Virus record (IMG/VR): IMGVR_UViG_3300024249_000004
Coordinates: 1-41,836 of that record
Direction: 5' to 3' (one strand)
DNA from: a virus
Taxonomy: Duplodnaviria; Caudoviricetes
Length of the DNA: 41,836 bases
Shown: piece by piece, positions 33,604 through 41,687 of the stretch
Layout of the letters: every line of letters begins with the position of its first letter
Numbering within the stretch: the first letter of the stretch is position 1
The notes under the pieces: model-generated
What the model was told of the DNA's origin: nothing
The model's database searches: none
What the model saw: only the letters and a program-made list of their open reading frames with translations
Translations under genes and position numbers: made by a program

Positions 33604-34647
33604 ATGGCCGAGCCTGACCCGGAAGCCCTCGGCGAGCTCGCGGCGGTCGATAACCTGCCGCCGGACTTGCTGGTGCCGCCGCGGGCGCGCATTACGATCG
33701 GCGGGCCCCGCCCGGACGACGCCACAACCGACTATCGACCGGATGCGTTCGAGGCCGCCGCCGAGGTCGCCCGGCGGCGCTATCCGAACGTGCCGCTTGC
33801 GGTCATGCCTGAGGGCGCCACCGAGGGGCCGCTGCAGGCGGCTACGGCGTTCGGACGCGGCCTCGCCGCGGCGCCAGGGAACGTCGGCCGCGTCGCCGAG
33901 ACGGCGATGGGCAGGCTTGCCGACCCGGGTTTCTACGCGACGCAGCCGCCGCCGGCGGTCACGTCAGGCGGCATGCAGGCGCCGCCCTACGTGGCGCCCG
34001 GCCAGGGTTCGCTGGCAGCCCGTATTGGCGGCACGATCATCGGGGCGCCGCTCAAGGCGACGATCGACCGTGTGATGCTGCCGGGCAAGGCGATCTCCGG
34101 CGAGTTCAATCCCTTCGAGCAGGACAGCGAGTCCGCGGACTGGGCGGCCGAGACCGCCATGGGCATGATTGCCCGCGGCGTGGCGGGCGGCGCCCCGGCC
34201 GGCGCGCTCGGCGCGACCGGCGGCCGGATGGTGCAGCCGACCTTCGAGGCGCCCGGCGTCATGGGTGAGATAGCGGCGCCGGCGCCGCGTGCGCCGCGCG
34301 CCCTGACGCCGCGCAACATCAACAAGTTCACGCGCGGCGAGGCGCAGCGTGTTGCCTTCCCCGGCGTCTACCAACGCCCCGACGTGATCGCAGCGCAGGC
34401 CGCCGCGAATGTCGCGCCCGAGCATCCGGCCATGAAGGCGCTGTTTGGTGTCACCCGCGATGACCTTTACAACATCGGCCAGCAGGGGCGCCGGCCGGGC
34501 AACATGGCGCCGTCGATCGCGGCAGTAGCCGACCCCAAGGGTTCATACGCCGCCGAGGCAATCATGAATCCGCGCAACGCGCGGCGCATGGTCGATACGC
34601 TGAGTGAAGCCGGCAAATATCCGGCGCTGACCAAAAGGCATGGATAG
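33604..34647 (+). CDS. N-terminal part of a probably frameshifted late-module gene
   Basis: 347-aa ORF ending ...ACC AAA AGG CAT GGA TAG; the +1 frame continues as 34640-35446. Confidence 0.7.
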   Translation: MAEPDPEALGELAAVDNLPPDLLVPPRARITIGGPRPDDATTDYRPDAFEAAAEVARRRYPNVPLAVMPEGATEGPLQAATAFGRGLAAAPGNVGRVAETAMGRLADPGFYATQPPPAVTSGGMQAPPYVAPGQGSLAARIGGTIIGAPLKATIDRVMLPGKAISGEFNPFEQDSESADWAAETAMGMIARGVAGGAPAGALGATGGRMVQPTFEAPGVMGEIAAPAPRAPRALTPRNINKFTRGEAQRVAFPGVYQRPDVIAAQAAANVAPEHPAMKALFGVTRDDLYNIGQQGRRPGNMAPSIAAVADPKGSYAAEAIMNPRNARRMVDTLSEAGKYPALTKRHG

Positions 34648-35446
34648 TTGGTATGTGATGGACCCGGCGTATCAGCGCATGGTTCAGCTACTCGGCCCCG
34701 AGCAGGCCAAGCTCGAGTACCAGCGGTTCAATACGATCGTGCCGATGTTTTCGCCGGGCTCGGACGTACTGACGGAAATCAACCGCGGCACTGCTGCAAA
34801 TATGTTTGCAAAACAAGGCCGCTTTGCTGATTTTATGCGTTATGGCGGGGTTGCTGAAAACAAACGCGGCGCCGATTTCCCGGCTGACCTCCTTGATGTC
34901 AGTGGTCATCCGTATCACTCTACGGCGCAGGCAGGGCCGGCGTCTCGTTATCTGGAGCGTGGCGTCGTGGATATGACGCAGCCCAAGGTGCCACTTTACA
35001 TGCAGGCGTCGGGCGTGCCGGAAACCGGCTTCCAGACCACGCTGCCGGTACCAGACGCCCATTTCACGCGCGCATCGGGCATGTCTGACGTGCGGAAAAA
35101 TGCCAACCCGGGGGCCTCCATGAAGACGCCGGAGTATGCGGCTTATGGCCCTTGGTATCGTGAGAACGTGGCGAAGCCGCTCGGTATCGAGGCGGTGCCG
35201 GCGCAAGCCCGCATGTGGGGTACGTACGCCCCGCAGACTGGTGTCGATACGCCGGTCGGCGCGCCCAAGCTGGAGTTGCTGGCGCAATCGATTTGGGAGC
35301 GCGCCCAGAAGCTCGGCATCGACCCGCGCGTGTTGCGCGATCAGGTTCTAAGCGGCAACGCGCACGCCGTGCAGTTGCTTGGCACCGGCACCGCGGCCGG
35401 TCTGGCGATGGGTAGTATGGCGCGGCAGAACGAGTATCAGCAATAG
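34640..35446 (+). CDS. C-terminal part of the same gene; enzyme-like helical domain (WY..SP..N..K..DxH..QAxxW)
   Basis: No properly spaced RBS. Removing one A gives LTKGMDSWY. Confidence 0.7.
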   Translation: MDSWYVMDPAYQRMVQLLGPEQAKLEYQRFNTIVPMFSPGSDVLTEINRGTAANMFAKQGRFADFMRYGGVAENKRGADFPADLLDVSGHPYHSTAQAGPASRYLERGVVDMTQPKVPLYMQASGVPETGFQTTLPVPDAHFTRASGMSDVRKNANPGASMKTPEYAAYGPWYRENVAKPLGIEAVPAQARMWGTYAPQTGVDTPVGAPKLELLAQSIWERAQKLGIDPRVLRDQVLSGNAHAVQLLGTGTAAGLAMGSMARQNEYQQ

Positions 35447-35451
35447 AGGAG

Positions 35452-36141
35452 CTACCGTTGGCGTTTGCGGCGGTTCTTTGGGTAGGGGCGTCGATTGTTG
35501 GCTTGTTCTTTGCGGGTGACCCATCGGCAATTGTGCGGTTCGTAATTGCCGTTGTTGTCGATGCGATCGAGCGTAAGGCCGGGTGGCCGTTCCCCCATAT
35601 CAGCGAGGAAGTTGCGAAAATCCAGCCATCGTTCGCAAACCGTAATGCCGCGGCCCCCGTAATAGGAGTAGTGCCTATGATTTGGGTTATTGCACCGTTG
35701 GATCATGGCTTCCCAGGACTGGTAGGTGTCGGTCGATCCTGTATCGCGGGCATGGCCATGTTTGATTTGGCTGCGCGCGGTTTCAGAATGAAGGCAGCCG
35801 CATGATCTAGTGTGGTTTGTTCTTAACGCCGCACTGCGGGTTATTATTTCTGTTCCGCAGTCGCAGCGGCAGCGCCAGAGTACGGTTTGCTCGGTGGAGC
35901 GACCGGCTTCTTGGAGCACGGTCAGGCGATGGAAGCGTTGTCCGGTAAGATCAATCTTGGATGATAAGCATCCGCACGATTGAACGGCGCCGCTTCTTAA
36001 GCGGACGCCGTCTACTATTTTGTTGCTCCCGCAATCGCAACGGCAATGCCATGTTGTCCGACCGTTTGGTGTCCGCCCGGCTTCTGCAAGTATGGTTAGG
36101 CGGCCGAAGCGTTGTCCGGTAATATCGATTTTTAGTGTCAT
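35452..36141 (-). mobile_element. Free-standing HNH homing endonuclease gene, antisense to the late operon
   Basis: Two D[IL]TGQRF..LT..W.CRCDCG...SCGC repeats, [30 protein letters not shown]. Lower GC than its flanks. Confidence 0.92.
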
Positions 36142-36164
36142 AACTGAAGGGGTATGCTTATATC

Positions 36165-36776
36165 ATGGCACAGTCAATTCTCACAACCACGCCCAGCAAT
36201 CCCTCTCCGCCCACTAATTTTTCCTGTCTGGGCACGACGCCGCCGACCTCGCCCTCGCAGGCCGCGGTCGACGACGGCACGGCGGCCTCCGGCCTCGTGT
36301 TCGCGGCCAAGCTCGCCTCGGCCGATAACACCAACTTCCCGAGTCTCGACGCCGAGGGCAAGGGCACCGAGGTTGCCGTTACCCAAACCTACAGCGCCAG
36401 CGTCTACAATCCGGCGGGGCCGCTGGTCACGGTGAGCACCGGCCCGGTCCAGACCGCGGCGACGATCGCGGCCGGCCCGAACGCCACGCACGCCTCGAGC
36501 CTGTCGCCGGTAACCAATGCGACGCTGACGTCGATCACGCCGACCACGGCGGCGTCGGGCGCCAGCGGCACCGTCGCGCTCACGGCGGTGACCGGAACCG
36601 GCTTCAACAAGCAGAGCGTGGTTTACGCTAACGGCGTGGCGGCGCCGACCGTGTTTGTTAGTTCAACCACGCTTACCGCGACCATTCCGAAAAAGACGTC
36701 GGCGGGGACGTGGAATATCACTGTCGTCACTGGCGGTGTGGTCACGACCGCACCGCAGGTCTTTACGTTTACGTAG
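36165..36776 (+). CDS. Ig-like (IPT/TIG) domain virion decoration protein
   Basis: TLTSITPT...VTGTGF...TVFVSSTTLTATIP...AGTWNITV...FTFT. Confidence 0.8.
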   Translation: MAQSILTTTPSNPSPPTNFSCLGTTPPTSPSQAAVDDGTAASGLVFAAKLASADNTNFPSLDAEGKGTEVAVTQTYSASVYNPAGPLVTVSTGPVQTAATIAAGPNATHASSLSPVTNATLTSITPTTAASGASGTVALTAVTGTGFNKQSVVYANGVAAPTVFVSSTTLTATIPKKTSAGTWNITVVTGGVVTTAPQVFTFT

Positions 36777-36846
36777 GAGGGCAATAAAACGCGCCGTGAA
36801 GTTTTTTTGCGGCAGCTTCGTACGCTGCCGCCGCTTCCTCGGCGCT
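36769..36846 (-). pseudogene. Remnant C-terminus of an AP2-domain (HNH-AP2) endonuclease
   Basis: Translates SAEEAAAAYEAAAKKLHGAFY, the typical AP2 terminal helix. The upstream AP2 strands and HNH motif are absent. Confidence 0.65.
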
Positions 36847-36867
36847 TAGCAAAGGATTGGCGCCGCA

Positions 36868-37113
36868 ATGCGGTTCGAGCTTACCGGCGAGCCGGTTCGG
36901 CAGCGCGAAACGTCCTGCAAGACTTGCGGGTCGCTGCGCTGGTGCGACGAATGCTGGGATCATGTGCGCGGCTACAGCCCGTTCGTGATCTGGCATTGCC
37001 TGCTGTGCCGTATGCCGACGTTCTTTTACGAGCATACCGCCGCAGACGTTATGGCGCCGAAACGCTGTGACTATTGCGGCTGGGACGAGGCGACTGAGTG
37101 CATACTGATATGA
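36868..37113 (+). CDS. Cys-rich (four CxxC) hypothetical protein
   Basis: CKTC, CDEC, CLLC, CDYC; no clear RBS. Confidence 0.55.
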   Translation: MRFELTGEPVRQRETSCKTCGSLRWCDECWDHVRGYSPFVIWHCLLCRMPTFFYEHTAADVMAPKRCDYCGWDEATECILI

Positions 37114-37126
37114 AGGAGCGCGGGCG

Positions 37127-37501
37127 ATGCCCACCAATCCGTTCAAGTCGCTGAACGAGCCCGAAGACGTTTCGCTGCCGCAGCGTAATGTTGAATCCAT
37201 TAATGAGCCGACGCCGACGCCGACGCCGCCGGATATCCGGCCGGAGCTGGACTTTCTGGAGCCGGGCAGCTGTATGATCGGCGATGCCGACTTCACGCTG
37301 TTCGTTCACGGCACAAACTTCTTCCCCGGCTCGATCATTCACTTCGCTGGCCATGACGAGCCGTCTACGTTCAACGTCGACGGCACGCTCTCGACCGGCG
37401 TCAAGCCGTCGCTGTGGGCGTCGCCGGTGGTCGTGGAGGTCATGGTGCGCAACGGCTCGCTGGTCTCGGCGCCGCTGCCGTTCGAGTTTCTCGCGGCTTA
37501 A
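37127..37501 (+). CDS. Ig-like (IPT/TIG-like) protein
   Basis: RBS AAGGAG; LEPGS...TLFVHGTNF.PGSII.F...V.VRNG..SAPLPFEF. Confidence 0.75.
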   Translation: MPTNPFKSLNEPEDVSLPQRNVESINEPTPTPTPPDIRPELDFLEPGSCMIGDADFTLFVHGTNFFPGSIIHFAGHDEPSTFNVDGTLSTGVKPSLWASPVVVEVMVRNGSLVSAPLPFEFLAA

Positions 37502-37575
37502 CGCGCGTGCGTGGAACACTGCCGATGCGGTACTGGTTACCTCGCGGGCAGCGCGAAGGTAAAGGAGCCGAGGAT

Positions 37576-38112
37576 ATGTCGACCAAGCACACCGAGCATG
37601 ACCATGACGATAAGCAGCGCCGGCCGCAGCCGTCTTCTGCCGCCGACGCCGCGCGGAAATTCCACGAGCAGCAGGACGCCCAACACAAGGCCGAGCGCGA
37701 ACGTAACGAAAAGGCGCAGGGCGCCGCCAATACCCGGATCGACCGCGGCGAAATCGATGCTATGGTACGGGCCGGCTACGAGAATATCGAGCAGCCCGGC
37801 CTTGACCCTCATAACATGCCGGGCAACGTGCTGGACGTGAAGGCGGGCGAGCGGCCCGCGCATAAGTCGACGCTGGACCTAGAGGACATTACCGGCAATC
37901 CCGGGCACCGCGGCGTGACGCCTTATGCGCCGGCTACTTCGATCAACCGCGCGGTCGGCATGGACGGCGCCGTATCGATCAATGAGCCGCCGGATGTCGA
38001 GCAGCCGCAGCCGCGGGGCTCGGTCGGGGCGGAGGCAGAAGCGCAGCGGCAGCATCAGCATGCGGCGGACGAGGCACGCGAGCGGAACAAGGCGCATGCG
38101 CAGCAAAGGTAA
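37576..38112 (+). CDS. Hydrophilic hypothetical protein
   Basis: RBS AAGGAG/GAGG before ATG 37576 (MSTKHTEHD); SINEPP motif. Confidence 0.75.
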   Translation: MSTKHTEHDHDDKQRRPQPSSAADAARKFHEQQDAQHKAERERNEKAQGAANTRIDRGEIDAMVRAGYENIEQPGLDPHNMPGNVLDVKAGERPAHKSTLDLEDITGNPGHRGVTPYAPATSINRAVGMDGAVSINEPPDVEQPQPRGSVGAEAEAQRQHQHAADEARERNKAHAQQR

Positions 38113-38178
38113 GGATTAAACACTAACCGATCGCCGGGCGGGCAGCGTCCGGCGATCGGCAGGCGGCAAGGGGTCGAC

Positions 38179-38517
38179 ATGGACTTGGTGGAAGTCGCGC
38201 CAAATCGCTGGCGCATGGCGAAACCGTATAGTGTGACGCCGCCGGCGCGCTCGGCGCTGCCGTGCCCGCATGTCATTTCCGACGCGATGCCGGCGACCGA
38301 GCAGGTCGACGGGCATTTCTACGAGAGCAAAAGCGCGTTCCGCGCGGTCGGCCGCGCCCTCGGATTGACCGAGGTCGGCACCGAGAAACCCAGACTGAAA
38401 ACCAGCCGCGTCTCTGCTTCCGCAGAGACCAAGCGCGCGCGCCGTGACGCCATCGTGAAGGTCGTCGCGCAGCACCGCGCCGGGCGCCGGCCCATCATGC
38501 AAGAGGCACCGCAATGA
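38179..38517 (+). CDS. Head-module hypothetical protein
   Basis: PHVISDAM...VDGHFYESKSAFRA...EVGTE; ATGA overlap with the scaffold gene. Confidence 0.8.
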   Translation: MDLVEVAPNRWRMAKPYSVTPPARSALPCPHVISDAMPATEQVDGHFYESKSAFRAVGRALGLTEVGTEKPRLKTSRVSASAETKRARRDAIVKVVAQHRAGRRPIMQEAPQ

Positions 38518-39827
38518 GCGACGTCGGCATCGCGCCTGCCCCCGCGCCCTCTGCGCCTGCACCACAAGCGCCTGCGCCGCAGGCGCCGCCGCGGATCGCG
38601 AACGAGGTGGTGATCGACCAGAACCCGGCAAACCCGCCGGCACCCGTCGGCTCGCAGGCGCCACCGAGCCCGCAGGCGCGCGCCGAGAGCCGGCGCGAAG
38701 CGATCCAGAAGTCCTTCGCCAAGTCGCGCGAAGGCAAATCATTCCCCGAGGCGCAGGCTAAGCCCGGCCATAACCGCCCGCCCGAGCCGCTTGCTGCGGC
38801 AGTGCCGGCGCTATCACCTAAAGAAAAGACGCCGCCGCCGGCCGGCGGCATCGACCTGCGCCGGCCGCCATCGCCCAATACCGCGCTGCCACCGGCGCGC
38901 GGCGAGCACGGCCACTTCGCTCCCCGCGCCGATCGCGCGCAGCAGCCGGCGCGGCAGCAGGCGCCGCAAGGGCAGCAACTCCCGGCCGGCGATCCCTACC
39001 GCGAGCCGCTCGCGCGCATGAGCCAAGCCGCCAAAGCAAACTGGCACGCGGCGCCGGTTCACGTTCGCGCCGAGGTGCATCGGCTGCATAGAGAGTTCAG
39101 TAATTTTCATCGGCAGGCGCAGGCGGTCTACAACGCCTTCAAGCCGATCAGGCCGTACTACGATCTGGCGCAGTCGCATGGCACTACGCTCGATCGCGCG
39201 CTGAACAACTATGTCAGCATGGAGAACAAGCTGCGCGCCGACCCGATCGGCGGGCTGGATGTGCTCGTTCGCAACATGAACCTGCGCACGGCGGACGGGC
39301 AGCAGATAACGCTGGCTGATATCGCGCAGTATGTGCTCTCGCGCACGCCCGAGCAGCACGCGCAGATGCAGACGCAGAACCTGACCAGCGCGCATAATTC
39401 TCATATCAATCAGCTAACGCAGCAGATATCCCAACTCGCCGGCGTCGTGCAGCACATGCAGGCCCGGCAGCAATATCGCAACCAGTACCGTCAGATGAAA
39501 AGGGGGGTCGACCGGTTCGCCGCCACCCACCCGCGGATAGACGAGCCTGGGTTCGGCGATATCGTCGTGCAGGAATTGCGCGCCGGGCATCAACTCGATC
39601 GTGCCTACGCCCGCGCCAACCTCCTGCACCCTCCCGGTCGTAATGCTCCAGCGGCTCAGACCCGCGCTCCAGCGGCTCAGACCCGCGCCCCCGACCGATC
39701 GATTTCCGGTTCGCCAGCCGGCGCCCCGGCCACCTTTGATGTCCGCACGCCGCGCCGCGCCGGGCAGCCCCCCTCACGCCGCGACATCATCGCCCACGCC
39801 GTACGGCGGGCGAGCGGGTCGCTGTAA
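38514..39827 (+). CDS. Putative capsid scaffolding protein
   Basis: Directly upstream of the capsid gene; Pro-rich N-terminus, helical Gln-rich core, SISGSP near the C-terminus. Confidence 0.7.
   Translation: MSDVGIAPAPAPSAPAPQAPAPQAPPRIANEVVIDQNPANPPAPVGSQAPPSPQARAESRREAIQKSFAKSREGKSFPEAQAKPGHNRPPEPLAAAVPALSPKEKTPPPAGGIDLRRPPSPNTALPPARGEHGHFAPRADRAQQPARQQAPQGQQLPAGDPYREPLARMSQAAKANWHAAPVHVRAEVHRLHREFSNFHRQAQAVYNAFKPIRPYYDLAQSHGTTLDRALNNYVSMENKLRADPIGGLDVLVRNMNLRTADGQQITLADIAQYVLSRTPEQHAQMQTQNLTSAHNSHINQLTQQISQLAGVVQHMQARQQYRNQYRQMKRGVDRFAATHPRIDEPGFGDIVVQELRAGHQLDRAYARANLLHPPGRNAPAAQTRAPAAQTRAPDRSISGSPAGAPATFDVRTPRRAGQPPSRRDIIAHAVRRASGSL
39645..39688 (+). repeat. 21-bp perfect tandem duplication (APAAQTR x2)
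   Basis: GCTCCAGCGGCTCAGACCCGC twice. Confidence 0.95.
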
Positions 39828-39845
39828 TTCTGGAGCAAGACGACG

Positions 39846-40868
39846 ATGCCAAATATCACTACGAATGCTGCCTATCAGCAGATTCTCTCGATGACGCTCG
39901 AGGAGCGATCGAAAGACTACCAGGACTTGGTTAGTAACAATAACGCGCTGCTCGCGGTGCTGCGGCGTAAAGGCCTCTGGCAAACCTATCACGGGCCGCT
40001 GATCAGGCAGACGCTGCAAATCGGCAAGCAGAGTGCGCAGTGGTATTCTGGCTACGATCAGCTACTGAACCCGGCACTCGATTTATTCAATGATGCGTTC
40101 TTTTCGCCGAAGTTCGTCGTCGTGCCGATCGTTCTCAGCATGCAGGAAATTTTGAACAACCAGGGCGAAGGTCAACTGATCGACGTGCTGGACGCGTACG
40201 TCGACGCCGCCGAGCGGGCATTAGAGGATACCATGGACGCCGGCATTTACTCCGACGGCACGGCAAACGGCGGCAAACAGATCACTGGACTTGCGACCGC
40301 CGTGCCGATCGTCAACACCTCTGGCGTCTACGGCGGCATCGATCGCGCCACCGCCACGATCTGGCGGACGCAGACCTTCGACGCCAACAGCTATAACGCC
40401 GCGATCGGCACGCAGGTCAACTCGACCACTATCCGGCCGCTGCTTAACGCCATCATGACCAAGCAAAGCCGCGGACGCGATTTTGCGGACTTGCTGCTGA
40501 TGTCGCCGGAACATTACGCGGCCTATGACGCCGCGACTGTTGCGATACAACGCCAGACCAACGAAACCAGCATGGGCAAGCTAGGCTTCTCGGCGCTGGA
40601 ATATATCGGCGGCGGCAAGCGGGCAGAGATCGTGCTCGACGGCGGTATCGGCTCGAACTGCCCGGCTAACACGACGTTCGGGCTTAACACCGATAGCCTG
40701 CGGCTGCGTTATCACCCGAACAGAAACTTTGACAAACTGTTCGACGGCGACGGCCAAATGCCCATCGATAAGGATGCCATCGCGCAATTCATCGGGTGGG
40801 CCGGCGAGCTTTGCATGACCAATCCGCTCTACAACTGGCGCCTGTATGACAGTAACCCAGCCGCCTAG
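39846..40868 (+). CDS. Major capsid protein
   Basis: 340 aa; DLVSNNNALL, WYSGYDQL, IYSDGTANGGKQITGL, YGGIDRA...WR, LGFSALEY match podoviral HK97-fold capsids; follows the scaffold gene. Confidence 0.9.
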   Translation: MPNITTNAAYQQILSMTLEERSKDYQDLVSNNNALLAVLRRKGLWQTYHGPLIRQTLQIGKQSAQWYSGYDQLLNPALDLFNDAFFSPKFVVVPIVLSMQEILNNQGEGQLIDVLDAYVDAAERALEDTMDAGIYSDGTANGGKQITGLATAVPIVNTSGVYGGIDRATATIWRTQTFDANSYNAAIGTQVNSTTIRPLLNAIMTKQSRGRDFADLLLMSPEHYAAYDAATVAIQRQTNETSMGKLGFSALEYIGGGKRAEIVLDGGIGSNCPANTTFGLNTDSLRLRYHPNRNFDKLFDGDGQMPIDKDAIAQFIGWAGELCMTNPLYNWRLYDSNPAA

Positions 40869-40871
40869 CTA

Positions 40872-40921
40872 TTGCCAATGATTTCTCGGTTGTCTATCCT
40901 TATCGGATTGGCAACCGAGGG
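40872..40921 (+). promoter_or_regulatory. Promoter TTGCCA-17-TATCCT overlapping a hairpin that sequesters the HNH RBS
   Basis: -35 at 40872-77, -10 at 40895-900. Stem 40883-40899 pairs with 40905-40921 and covers GAGGG 40917-21. Confidence 0.65.
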
Positions 40922-40929
40922 TCTAGAAA

Positions 40930-41502
40930 ATGGCACCGCCCAGGACAGTTACGCTACCGACGCAAGACGAACTTAACCAGTTGCTTCGTTACGACAGACG
41001 GACGGGGCAACTTTTTTGGAAGAAACGGCCTCGTAGCATGTTTACCAGCATGGACGCGCACAAAAGCTGGAACGCGCGGTTCGCGGATCGCGAAGCATTG
41101 ACAGCCGTGAACCACGGTTATCGCCGCGGTCTGATTAATCGTAACAGCGCATACGCTCACCGTGTCATCTGGAAAATGATGACGGGCGTAGACGCGGAAG
41201 AACTCGATCATATCGACGGCGACCGGACTAACAATGCGTGGCACAACTTGCGGTTTGGCGCGCGTGAGAACCAGCGAAACTGCCAACTGCGCCATGACAA
41301 CACCTCTGGATGCGTCGGCGTAGTCAAACGTGGCGACCGTTGGATTGCGCAAATCGGCGTAAACGGCACGACTAAGCATATCGGTATCTACGCCACGCGA
41401 CAGGAGGCGGTTCACGCGCGCAAACAAGCCGAAACAGGCTTCGGCTTTCACCCTAATCACGGCCGCGAGGCCGCAACCGAGGACTCAAATCCGGCTGCGT
41501 AG
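40930..41502 (+). mobile_element. HNH-AP2 homing endonuclease gene
   Basis: LLRYDRRTGQLFW, AHRVIWKM, DHIDGDRTNNAWHNLR, NTSGCVGV, WIAQIGVNG...IG.Y....EAVHARK. Confidence 0.92.
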
Positions 41503-41531
41503 TAATAATTTCGCCCGCAGCCGGCCGCGGA

Positions 41532-41663
41532 GAGGTCGTTACTTGCCACCGCACTGCCTCGGGTAACGACCTCGAAGCAGCGTAACAACTAACAAACTAC
41601 CCTCGGCGTCTCAGACACGCGCCGGGACCACGGCCGGCCGGCGCGGAGGCTACCGCGCCGGCT
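41532..41663 (+). promoter_or_regulatory. Cluster of intergenic hairpins downstream of capsid/HNH
   Basis: GAGGTCGTTAC/GTAACGACCTC (41532-41573) and GGCCGGCGCGG/CCGCGCCGGCT (41636-41663). Confidence 0.55.
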
Positions 41664-41687
41664 GACATCTAAAACAAGGAAACGATA

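Noticed and set aside
40848-41502. Group I intron or intein in the capsid gene
   Set aside because: The capsid ORF is complete with its own stop, and there is no room for or sign of a ribozyme core around the HNH ORF.
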